A stretch of 32,000 bases of DNA, taken from Hyphomonadaceae bacterium TMED5 (GTDB lineage Bacteria; Pseudomonadota; Alphaproteobacteria; Caulobacterales; Hyphomonadaceae). This document shows positions 12,521 through 20,905 of the stretch, one piece after another. The stretch's first letter is position 1. Every line of letters begins with the position of its first letter. The notes beneath the pieces are model-generated. The model did no database searches. It was not told where the DNA came from and worked only from the letters and a program-made list of their open reading frames with translations. The DNA lies in the NCBI GenBank assembly GCA_002173095.1, contig NHBK01000020.1, positions 30,423 to 62,422 of the forward strand. Reading direction: 5' to 3'. The position numbers were made by a program, and so were the translations under genes.

Positions 12521-12778
12521 TCAACGGCGAGAGCACGCTCGTGCCTGCTGCCGCATAACCTCGTAGTCGCTCAGCATCTCGCCAATGACCGAGCCATGCG
12601 GCAGCTGGACCAGTTCCTCGGCCGCCCGCGCCTGCAAATCGCGGCTGTACTGGACGACCGGCGGGCAGACCGTCGCGACGCCAGGTTCAGAACCGACCGT
12701 TGCGCAGCCGGTCAGCGAGATCGTCGCGAGAACGAGGGCGACGCGCCGCCGCCTCGAGCATCCGTCGTTGGACATCAT
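12521..12778 (-). CDS. o-spanin-like outer-membrane lipoprotein (Rz1-like)
   Basis: 'MMSNDGCSRRRRVALVLATISLTGCATV' has a lipobox (LTGC), in a small Pro/Cys-containing protein. SD GGAGAA lies 6 nt upstream. The start is embedded out of frame inside the preceding gene. Confidence 0.6.
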   Translation of the reverse strand: MMSNDGCSRRRRVALVLATISLTGCATVGSEPGVATVCPPVVQYSRDLQARAAEELVQLPHGSVIGEMLSDYEVMRQQARACSRR

Positions 12779-12944
12779 TGGTCTTCTCCGTGGCCTTAAG
12801 GCGTTCGGCGAGGCGTCCCGCTCGCTCCCCGGAGCGCCGAAGCGCAAGCAGGAACAGGAGCACGGCGAGGACAATGGCGCCGTTGCGCAGCGCCGCCCGC
12901 ATCCACGGGGCGGCGGCGATCCCGGTGAACAGGGCGGCGATCAT
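12687..12944 (-). CDS. i-spanin-like (Rz-like) N-terminally anchored protein
   Basis: 85 aa with an N-terminal TM ('GAIVLAVLLFLLAL') and a charged helical tail ('RAGRLAERLKATEKTNDVQRRMLEAAARR'). ATGA overlap with the endolysin stop. Contains the start of the lipoprotein gene in another frame. Confidence 0.5.
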   Translation of the reverse strand: MIAALFTGIAAAPWMRAALRNGAIVLAVLLFLLALRRSGERAGRLAERLKATEKTNDVQRRMLEAAARRPRSRDDLADRLRNGRF

Positions 12945-13615
12945 CGACGCCCCCGCTTCCAGTCATCAAGTCGGGCGTAGATCGTGACCGCGATGCCGCC
13001 GAGCGCCACGGCGATGAACACCCAGCGCAGGGTGTCGAGATACGGCACCAGCGGCAGGACGGCGCTTTGCGTCTCCGCCAGCACCTGCTGGGCGACTTCC
13101 ACCCCGGCTGCGCCGAGCGTCGCGACACCCGCCGCCCCGCCACCCTTCATCGTGCGGCTGTCGGCCAGCGCCTCGCGCGCGGGCGGCGTCTCGGCTGCAA
13201 ATGCGGTCGCACGGACCGGAAACCGCTCGCCCCACTGTCGCGCGGGACCGAGGTCGACATGGATGAACCCCGATCGCGGGTAGAAGCCGAAGCCGAGGAA
13301 CCCGACCTCGCGCGCCGCCGCCTCGAAGGCCACTGGATCGTGGTTCGCCATGGCGATGTCGAAGGCGGCTCCGTCGAGATGCTTCGACCGGGTCGCGCCG
13401 CCGACGGCGCGGTTGTGCTCGGGGCTGCGATAGGCCGAGCGGACGATGAGCGGCTTGCCGAGCCGGTCGCGCAGCGCCTGCAGCCTGTCGAGCGCAGGTT
13501 CGTTGATGAGCAGCTTGCCGGTGCCCCGGCAGGCGATCTCTGCCGGGCTGAAATTCGGCCAGCGCCAGACGCTGTCCGGCACGTCGCGCCAATGGCGGTG
13601 GAAGGTCGTGGTCAT
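12941..13615 (-). CDS. peptidase M15 (D-Ala-D-Ala carboxypeptidase-type) endolysin with C-terminal TM anchor
   Basis: 'VRSAYRSPEHNRAVGGATRSKHLDGAAFDI' and 'GFIHVD' (zinc ligands of M15). C-terminal 'WVFIAVALGGIAVTIYA'. SD GGAGGA lies 4 nt upstream of ATG 13615. Confidence 0.8.
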   Translation of the reverse strand: MTTTFHRHWRDVPDSVWRWPNFSPAEIACRGTGKLLINEPALDRLQALRDRLGKPLIVRSAYRSPEHNRAVGGATRSKHLDGAAFDIAMANHDPVAFEAAAREVGFLGFGFYPRSGFIHVDLGPARQWGERFPVRATAFAAETPPAREALADSRTMKGGGAAGVATLGAAGVEVAQQVLAETQSAVLPLVPYLDTLRWVFIAVALGGIAVTIYARLDDWKRGRR

Positions 13616-13672
13616 GGAGTCCTCCGAAAACGAGTTTCCGGCCCCTCGCAGGGCTCGGTGCGTTCGCCGCTC

Positions 13673-13743
13673 GGGAAGGTCCACTGGACCTTCCCGTCTG
13701 CCTGTCAGGCAGACCACGGCTCACCCCGCCACGAGGGCGGGTG
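13673..13743. repeat. three tandem palindromes/hairpins in the holin-like/endolysin intergenic region
   Basis: GGGAAGGTCCA-C-TGGACCTTCCC (13673-13695, perfect), GTCTGCCTG-T-CAGGCAGAC (13696-13714, perfect), and CAC(C)CCGCC-ACGAG-GGCGGGTG (13722-13743, one bulge). Confidence 0.8.
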
Positions 13744-13776
13744 CGGTTGGGCTGATGAATGGGGGATGGGGCGCGG

Positions 13777-14064
13777 CTACGGGCTGCCGCCGAAGATCTT
13801 GAGCTTGATCGCGATGCCCGCGAGCAGCGCCAGCATGACGCCGGTGGTGATCATGCGGACGGCAGTCTGCATGGCGGTGCGGCGTACCAGCCGGATGCAG
13901 TCCACCAGGGAACGCAGATCGCGGATGTCGAGGGCCGCCTCGTCGCCGTCGAGCCCGACATCGGCCAGCGCGCGCTTCGCGCCTTCCTCGGCTGCCCGGG
14001 TCAGGATCGCCTCGAACTCGGCGTCGGGCATGCGCACGAAGCCCTCGGATCGGGGTGGGTTCAT
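13777..14064 (-). CDS. small C-terminally anchored membrane protein (holin candidate)
   Basis: Start at 'MNPPRSEGFVRMPDAEF', with a perfect SD GGAAGGAGG 5 nt upstream. Single C-terminal TM 'ITTGVMLALLAGIAIKL'. Located immediately upstream of the endolysin. Confidence 0.55.
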   Translation of the reverse strand: MNPPRSEGFVRMPDAEFEAILTRAAEEGAKRALADVGLDGDEAALDIRDLRSLVDCIRLVRRTAMQTAVRMITTGVMLALLAGIAIKLKIFGGSP

Positions 14065-14083
14065 CGGATCCTCCTTCCGCCGC

Positions 14084-14811
14084 TCAGCCGATCTTGCAGC
14101 CCCAGAAGGACGTGTGATCGGCGGCGAAATAGCCGTCCGCGACCCGGAAATACCCCTGCAGTTCGACGGTATCGCCCGCGGTGAGCGGCACCATGGTCTG
14201 CAGCCAGATCGCGGTGGCGAGCGAAACGTGGGTGGCGGAGATTTCGCCAAGGGAACCGCGGATTTCCGTCGTGCCGTTCAGCACGAGCCGCCCGCGCATC
14301 CTCGCCGTGGCGCTGGCGTTGATCTTGTAGAGCAGCGTTGCGCCGAAGAGGTAGGTGCCGTCCACCGGGGCCACGAAGTGGTTGTTCGCAGCGTCGAACG
14401 CCCCCTGATCGTTGGTGTCGGTGTTGTTCAGAGCGATCTTCGTCCAGGCGCCAACGCCGACGTAGTTGTCGTAGTTGGTGTAGGCCTTGAACCGGGGCAG
14501 CCGGGGCTGGTCGACGATGCCGGTGGCGTTGTCGACGCTGAGCCCGTCGAAGAAGGTGCTGCCGTCGGCGGAGACCGCGAGGCGGAACCTGTCGGAGCCG
14601 AACAGCCCGTCCAGTCGCCCGTCGCGCCGGAGCCGACGATGTAGCGGTCGCCATCGGCCGGAGAACCGGGCGGAGCCATCAAATCCCGGTCGAGGACGGA
14701 GAGCTGCACGAGCCCGTCGAGCAGCCGCAGCGCCTCGTTGTGGGTGACGTGCTTCTGGGCCTGCGCCGCGAGGATGTAGGGCAGCAGGAGATGGGTCGTG
14801 GCGTCGGACAT
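14084..14811 (-). pseudogene. tail-fibre-like protein: DUF2793-type N-terminus + C1q/TNF-like C-terminal domain, split by a frame change near 14603-14608
   Basis: The frame from 14811 reads 'MSDATTHLLLPYILAAQAQKHVTHNEALRLLDGLVQLSVL...GDRYIVGSGATGDWTG', then degenerates. The -1 frame, in phase with ORF 14084-14374, reads 'LFGSDRFRLAVSADGSTFFDGLSVDNATGIV...FVAPVDGTYLFGATLLYK...LTAGDTVELQGY...FWGCKIG*'. Confidence 0.65.
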
Positions 14812-14818
14812 GGGGCCC

Positions 14819-17800
14819 TCAAAAGGTCAGCGTGACGGTCTTGGGCGCGCCCCGCCCAACGAGGGCGGAGAGCTGGAGGATGCGGATGTCGAGCGTGTCG
14901 CCGGGGCCGAGTGGCGCGCCCCAATCGGCGGTCTGCTGGGCCGAGGCGTAGACCGCGCTGGTGGTGTTCGCAGACAGCACCCGCTTTACGGATGCGCCGT
15001 CGAGGATCTCCACATCGTAGGCTTCGAGCTCCTCGGCCAGCGGCACCTCGAGCCCGCCCCAGCTGTCGGCCGCGAGAGCGCGAGACCGGCGCGTCCAGCG
15101 GATTGTCAGATCGCCGGCAGTGCGCGGCCTGCGCCACGGCTGCTCGACATGGGCGACGGAGAACGGCCGCAGCCCGACGCCCGCCGGCGTGAAGGCTTGC
15201 GCGACGTAGGTCTCGTCGCTGACCGGACGGCTCTCGGGGCCGATGCGCCAGTTCCACGGGATGCCGAGATCGGCCTCAGCGATCGGCAGCGATGCGAGAC
15301 TATCGTCCAGCACCACCACGCGTGCGCCTGCCGGAGCCGGATTGCCCATCGCACCTTCGGTGCCGCGCTGACCGCGCAGGAGCCGGGTGAGCCGATACCG
15401 GCCCGGCGCCAGCAATTCGGCCGCGCCCGCCTGCACGATCTCACAGACGCCGGGCGTGGTTTCCATGGCCAGCGCGTTCGCGCCGCCGAACAGCGTCAGG
15501 TCCGTGACGCTTTCGAGGGTGCCGGTCAGCAAATCGACCACCAGCGCGTTTCCGAGATCGAAGCGCGACGTCGGCCCCGCGAAGAAGTCGGACACCAGCG
15601 CCCCGATCCGAGCGCGGCTGCCGAAGGTCGTCAGCAGCTCGAAGCCATCGGTCGAAGGACTGCGGAACACCGCCATCTCACCCGGCCAGGGAACCGCGTG
15701 CGCGGCCGCGAAGGGCCGGTGCGCGGGCTGGTCCTCGGTCAGCTGCGGCAGGTCCATCAGCAGCGCATCCGGCGCGCCGAACACCACGGCCCGCGTCAGC
15801 GACGCCGCGCGCCTCTGCGTCGGCGATGGAGACGAGCCGCAGATCGACCAGCCGCCCGTCATGGGCGAGCCGGATCGCGTCGGCCGGATCCAGCGCCAGG
15901 CGCGAGGGCGGCAGACGGAAGGCCGCCGTCTCGCGCCCGACCCACGCCTCCATCAATGCGCGGCGGCATCGCCGCTCGGCTTCCTCGGGCGGAACGGCCA
16001 TCGGGAAGGACTCGGACGCGATCCGCGTTGTGTCCACCGTGATGCGCCGCGCCTCAACGAGGGCCGCGTCGTAATCCTCGTCGGCGCGGGCGGCCTGCCA
16101 TTTCAACGCCTGCGGCAGCTCGGTCTCCTGGCCGCGCGTCAGTTCCAGCAAGTCGCCCTCACGGGCGGCCACGAGATCGTCGGCACCGAGCGTGGCGACG
16201 GAGGCCCGGCCGCGCATGATGAAACGGATCACGCCCTCGGTCTCCACGGCGTCGAAGCCGAAGTGGCGCGACAGCGTGGTGATCGAGGCGCGCGGGCTTT
16301 CGAGCGCGCCGATGGCGTAGCCCTCGACCGCGCCCCAGAGACCGGAGACGTCGATCCGGTCCTCGGGCAGCCCGGCGCGTAGGCAGAGGTGCCGGACCAG
16401 AGCCGCGAGCGACACCGCGCCGAGCCGCCCGGTCAGCCAGTGGCCGAGCCGCCAGTTCGCCCCGTCCGTCCAGACGTCGGTCAGCGCCGGAAAGAATGGG
16501 TACGGCCGCGCGTCCCAGGTCCAGGCTGCGCATTCCGGCACATGCACCATCCGGCCGCCGTAGACCGAGGATACCGGGTTGTTCGCGGCCTCGCCCCACC
16601 AGAGATACGTCGCCTCGAGATAGGCGCGCTGGATGGCGTCATCGCGCCAGCCCCGCGAGAAATGCGGCGTGAAGCTCTCCGACGACTTCGGGTCGAAGAA
16701 GACGTTGGGCTGGTTCGTGCCCCGATCGATGGCCGGACAGCCGAGCTCGGTGAACCAGACCGGCTTCGACTGCGGCGCCCATGCCGTCGGCGTCCCGGCC
16801 TCGACCCCGCCCGGGCGGTCGTGGTGCGGGTTTGACCACCAGGCGCGCAGATCCTTGTAGCGGAACACCCACGGCTTGCTGGCGGCACCATCGGTGATCG
16901 CGGTCCGGATCTGCGCTGTGCGGTCGGCGGCCGAGGCATAGAACCAGTCGTAGCCTTCGCCGCCCGCGATGTTCGCCTGCAGGTAGGCCCGGTCGTAGAT
17001 CGCGGGCCAGCCCTCGGCTGCGTCGAGATGCTCAAACCCGTCGCGCCAGTCGGAGAGCGGCATGTAGTTGTCGATCCCGACGAAATCGATCTCCGGATCG
17101 GCCCAGAGCGGGTCGAGATGGAAGAACACATCGCCGCTGCCATCGCCCGGCTGATGCCCGAAATACTCCGACCAGTCGGCCGCATAGCCGATCCTGGTGC
17201 CGGACCCGAGGATCGAGCGGATATCCGCAAGCAGGTCCCGATAGGCCTGCACCGCCGGATAGGTGCTGGCGCCCGAGCGGATCGTCGTCAGCCCTGGCAT
17301 CTCGGTACCGATCAGGAAGGCGTCTACCCCGCCCGCCGCCGCGCAGAGATGGGCGTAGTGCAGCACCATGCGGCGCAGGCCCCAGTCGCCCGATGGCCCG
17401 GTCCAGCTCACGCTCTCGCCCGAGACGCTGAAGTTGGCGGGCGTGGCCGCGCCGAACAGTGCCGCGACCTGGCTTGCGGCCGTGGCGGTCTTGTCCACCG
17501 TCCCGGCGAACCCCGCCGCGGGAGAACAGGTGATCCGCCCCCGCCAGGGGAACGCGGGCTGGCCGATCTCGGCGGCGTTGTCGCTGTAGGGGTTCGGCAG
17601 CGTGTTGCCGGGCGACACGTCCATCAGGATGAACGGGTAGAAGGTGACGCGCAGCCCGAGCGTCTTCATCTCCTGGATGGCCTGCAACACCGCGAAGTCG
17701 GACGGCGTCCCGCCATAGACGGGGCGATCCTGATCGTCGCGGCTGACGAGGAAGGCGTTGGCGCGGCTGACGCCGTTGACCGACCAGCTGATCGGCGTGG

Positions 17801-18592
17801 TCGCCTTGGCAGACACCTCGACGCCCGGCCGCACCTTGCAGGAGCCCGCCCGCAGATCGTCGCCGAACCAGGCGACGACGAGGCTGACGCTTTCGACCGC
17901 CGGGGCCATCGCCTGAAGCCGGTCGAGCGCCTCCACCATGTCGGTGGAGTCGGCCAGCGCGTTCAGGTTCTCCGCTCGCGTCGCGCCGCCATCGGTCTTG
18001 CGGATCGCCTGCGTCGCATAGGTGAACTCTCCCGAGGCCGGGATCATGGTGACGGCGCGGGTCAGCCCCTCGGCCGTGTCGGGATCGGCCAGCGGGCGAA
18101 ACACCTCGAAGGAGAATTGCGGCAGGCGGTTGCCATAGGCGGAGAGCGCGAGTTCCTCGAAGACCACATAGGCGGTGCCGCGATAGGCGGGTGTGCTGGC
18201 CGCACCCATCTTCGCCGCGATGAACGGGTCCGCGGTCTGGGTCTCGTCGCCCGGATACCAGCGCCAGGTGACGCCGGAGAGGTCCATCGGCTTACCGTCG
18301 GCCCAGATGCGCCCGATGCCGGTGATTGGCCCCTCGCACAAGGCCACCGCGAAGCTGGCATAGTACAGATACTCGGTGGTCTTGACCTTGCCGCCCCCAC
18401 CACCCTTGCCGCCGCCCTGCGTCGTGGTCTTGGTTTCCTCGCGGAAATCCGTCGCCCAGATGATGTTGCCGCCCATGCGCATCCGTCCGTAGAGCCGCGG
18501 GATGACCGCGCCTTCGGTGGCGGAGGTGATACGCAGCGTGTCGAGCCGCGCGCCCTCGATGCGCCGGCCGCGCCGAGGACAAGCGTTGCCAT
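14819..18592 (-). pseudogene. RcGTA g15-like baseplate/host-specificity 'megatron' protein, disrupted by two frame changes
   Basis: ATG 18592, 9 nt after the g14 stop, gives 'MATLVLGAAGA'. Homology then continues in the -1 frame ('IEGARLDTLRITSATEGAVIPRLYGRMRMGGNIIWATDF...') to about 15810. It then returns to the original frame ('ASLTRAVVFGAPDALLMDLPQL...TVTLTF*', ORF 14819-15862). Confidence 0.75.
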
Positions 18593-18601
18593 GGTCGGGT
18601 C

Positions 18602-19090
18602 TCAGCGTTGCGGAAACAGGAAAGCGAAGGCGATGCGCCGCCGCCAGGCTTGCGTCAGCGGTTCCTCGATCACGCCGAGCCGCTCGTAGGCGTGGAGGAA
18701 GGTGGCGGGGCCCGTCAGGATCCCGACATGCTTGGCGATCGCGCGGGCCTTCATGCGGAAGAGCACCAGTGCGCCGGGACCGGCCTCGGCGGGCGACACC
18801 TCGATCATCATTCGTCGCGCGCCCTCGGCCAGTACCTCGCGCGGGCCGGTCTCGCCCCAATCGCGGCTGTAGGGCGGGATCGGGAACGGCTCTGGACCCA
18901 CGACCTCGCGCCAGACGCCCCGGGCGAGGCCGAGGCAGTCGCAGCCGACGCCGCACAGGCTGGCCTGGTCGTGGTACGGTGTGCCGAGCCACGCGCGCGC
19001 AGCCGGAATTACTCGCTCAGGATCAGCTGCAGCCTTGGGTGCCGTCGTGGGCGCCGCCTTGCCATTCCGCGGTATTTGTGGCGTCACCAT
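18602..19090 (-). CDS. RcGTA g14-like NlpC/P60 cell-wall peptidase
   Basis: 'ARAWLGTPYHDQASLCGVGCDCLGLARGVWREVVG' (catalytic Cys) and 'KHVGIL...FLHAYE' (His). The N-terminus is about 20 aa longer than I expect for this family. Confidence 0.85.
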   Translation of the reverse strand: MVTPQIPRNGKAAPTTAPKAAADPERVIPAARAWLGTPYHDQASLCGVGCDCLGLARGVWREVVGPEPFPIPPYSRDWGETGPREVLAEGARRMMIEVSPAEAGPGALVLFRMKARAIAKHVGILTGPATFLHAYERLGVIEEPLTQAWRRRIAFAFLFPQR

Positions 19091-19123
19091 GGGTTTGACT
19101 GCCGTGCCTTGAGGGTTATCGAG

Positions 19124-20011
19124 ATGAACTTTACTGGTCTGTCCGCCTTTCCAATCACCCCGGCGACCATGGACGGGCGCGTTCAGACCGACGCGCTTGT
19201 CCGGGTGCTGGAGCGGTTGCGGCGGCCCGATCTTGGTTCGGTCGGCCTGCTAGGCAGCACCGGCACATTCGCGTATCTGACGCGCGCAGAACGACGCCGG
19301 GCGGTGTCTGTGGCGGCTGATGTGCTGGGCAGCAGTGTGTCGCTGATGGTCGGGGTCGGAGCGCTGCGCACCGACGAGGCCTGTGCATTGGCCCGCGATG
19401 CGGCTGAGGCTGGGGCAAATGCTGTGCTGCTGCCTGCGGTCAGCTACACGCCTCTGACTCAGGATGAGGCCTTCGCCCATTACAGCGCCGTTGCGACCGC
19501 AAGCGATCTGCCGCTGTGCATTTACAACAATCCCAGCACCACGCATTTCAACTTCGACGTCGCGCTAATACAGCGACTGGCGCAGGTACCCCGGATCACT
19601 GCAATCAAGATGCCGTTGCCCGCGCAAGGCAATCTCGCCAGCGATCTGGCCCGGCTGCGCAGCACGCTGCCTGCAGACTTTGCCATTGGCTACAGCGGGG
19701 ACTGGGGCTGCGCCGAGGCGCTGCTGGCCGGTGCGGATACGTGGTATAGCGTGATTGGCGGGATCCTCCCCGAGATCGCGTTGCGGCTGACTGCGGCGGC
19801 GATGGCAGGCAATGCGGCGGAGGCCCGCCGGATTGATGAAGTGCTTGCCCCGCTCTGGGCACTCTTCAAAGCCCATGGCTCGCTGCGGGTGGTTTATGCG
19901 ATGGCGCGGCAGATGGGCCTGACCGACTGCGACCCTCCCCGCCCAATCCTGCCGCTGGACGACGCGGCGTGCCGCGAAATTGCCGCGGCGACCGAACCTC
20001 TGGCTCGCTAA
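19124..20011 (+). CDS. dihydrodipicolinate synthase/N-acetylneuraminate lyase (DapA) family class I aldolase, specificity unknown
   Basis: 295 aa with 'LLGSTGTFAYLTRAERR', 'LCIYNNPSTT' and the Schiff-base Lys in 'ITAIKMP'. Opposite strand to all flanking phage genes. Confidence 0.85.
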   Translation: MNFTGLSAFPITPATMDGRVQTDALVRVLERLRRPDLGSVGLLGSTGTFAYLTRAERRRAVSVAADVLGSSVSLMVGVGALRTDEACALARDAAEAGANAVLLPAVSYTPLTQDEAFAHYSAVATASDLPLCIYNNPSTTHFNFDVALIQRLAQVPRITAIKMPLPAQGNLASDLARLRSTLPADFAIGYSGDWGCAEALLAGADTWYSVIGGILPEIALRLTAAAMAGNAAEARRIDEVLAPLWALFKAHGSLRVVYAMARQMGLTDCDPPRPILPLDDAACREIAAATEPLAR

Positions 20012-20020
20012 GCGCTCCTC

Positions 20021-20905
20021 TCACAGCACGCCTCCATCATGACCGCCGTCCTTGGTGGCGTAGCGCAGCGCGGCATCCTGGCCGGCGATGTGCGGGAAGC
20101 CGCGGAAGTTGACGGTGTTGGCGAACTTCGCGCCGCAGGTCTCCATCCGCTTGTCGCAGCCTGCATTGATCGTGAAGCCGTCGCCCTCGGCGATCGCGCG
20201 CACCGGCGCTTCGAGCAGCGTCAGCACGGCGATGCCGTCGGCAATGTCATGGCCCAGCACCTCGGTGCGCCGGCCGGCATTGGCGCCGCTGGTCCATTCG
20301 ATAGTGCCGAAAGTGAACCAGCCAGAGGCGAACCCACCAAGCCCCGAGGCGGTGAAGGCCCGGTCGCGCAGCAGATCGATGACGGCACCCGCGCCCTTGA
20401 AGACGGGGTCCTCCAGATCGACGCCGCAGCGTGCATCGCCGAGCGCGGCATCACAGGTCGCCTGGAAGGTCCGCCCGACCGTCTGGCCGAGGACATGCGC
20501 GAGCGAGCGGACCTCTGCCACGAAGGCCAGCCGCCCCCGCCGGATCTGGCCGATGGCGCCGCGGCGCATCAGCACGCGCTGGCCGGTGTCGGCCCAGTTC
20601 ACCCGCCAGACCTCGACCTCGGCATTGTCCCAGCGGCCGTCGAGGATGTCGGTCTCGGTGATCCGATCAGAGGTCAGCACGCCCTCGGCGTCCTGCGCAT
20701 CGACCGAGAGGTCGGAGCCCGAGCGGACCTCGGAGGCTGTCAGCCCGCTCTCGGGCTCGAAGTCGGTGCCGTCGAAGGTCAGCGTGCGGTCATGATCGGT
20801 GAAGCCGAAGGTGACGCCATCGGCGCGGCTGATCCGCCAGCACCAGGCGAGCGTCGTCGTGCCCTCGTCGAGATGAGCCAGCAGGGCGGGAGCGAGGGTC
20901 TTCAT
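20021..20905 (-). CDS. RcGTA g13-like distal tail protein (DUF2163/BR0599 family)
   Basis: 'LAHLDEGTTTLAWCWRISRADGVTFGFTDHDRTLTFDGTDFEPESGLTAS' and 'FRGFPHIAGQD'. ATGA overlap with the g12 stop. Confidence 0.85.
   Translation of the reverse strand: MKTLAPALLAHLDEGTTTLAWCWRISRADGVTFGFTDHDRTLTFDGTDFEPESGLTASEVRSGSDLSVDAQDAEGVLTSDRITETDILDGRWDNAEVEVWRVNWADTGQRVLMRRGAIGQIRRGRLAFVAEVRSLAHVLGQTVGRTFQATCDAALGDARCGVDLEDPVFKGAGAVIDLLRDRAFTASGLGGFASGWFTFGTIEWTSGANAGRRTEVLGHDIADGIAVLTLLEAPVRAIAEGDGFTINAGCDKRMETCGAKFANTVNFRGFPHIAGQDAALRYATKDGGHDGGVL

Noticed and set aside
14600-18565. Programmed ribosomal frameshifting as the explanation for the g15 and fibre frame changes.
   Set aside because: There is no X_XXY_YYZ slippery heptamer or homopolymer at 18556-18566, 15804-15815 or 14603-14608. 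The sites coincide with apparent internal deletions relative to homologs.
13067-18689. Very long plus-strand ORFs antisense to phage genes (13067-14644, 14798-16042, 15387-16382, 17028-18689; also 20039-21184 and 23347-24192).
   Set aside because: Their translations are Arg/Gly/Pro/Ala-rich low-complexity strings with no recognisable motifs. They lie exactly opposite ORFs with clear phage homology. This is the usual open antisense-frame artefact of high-GC DNA.
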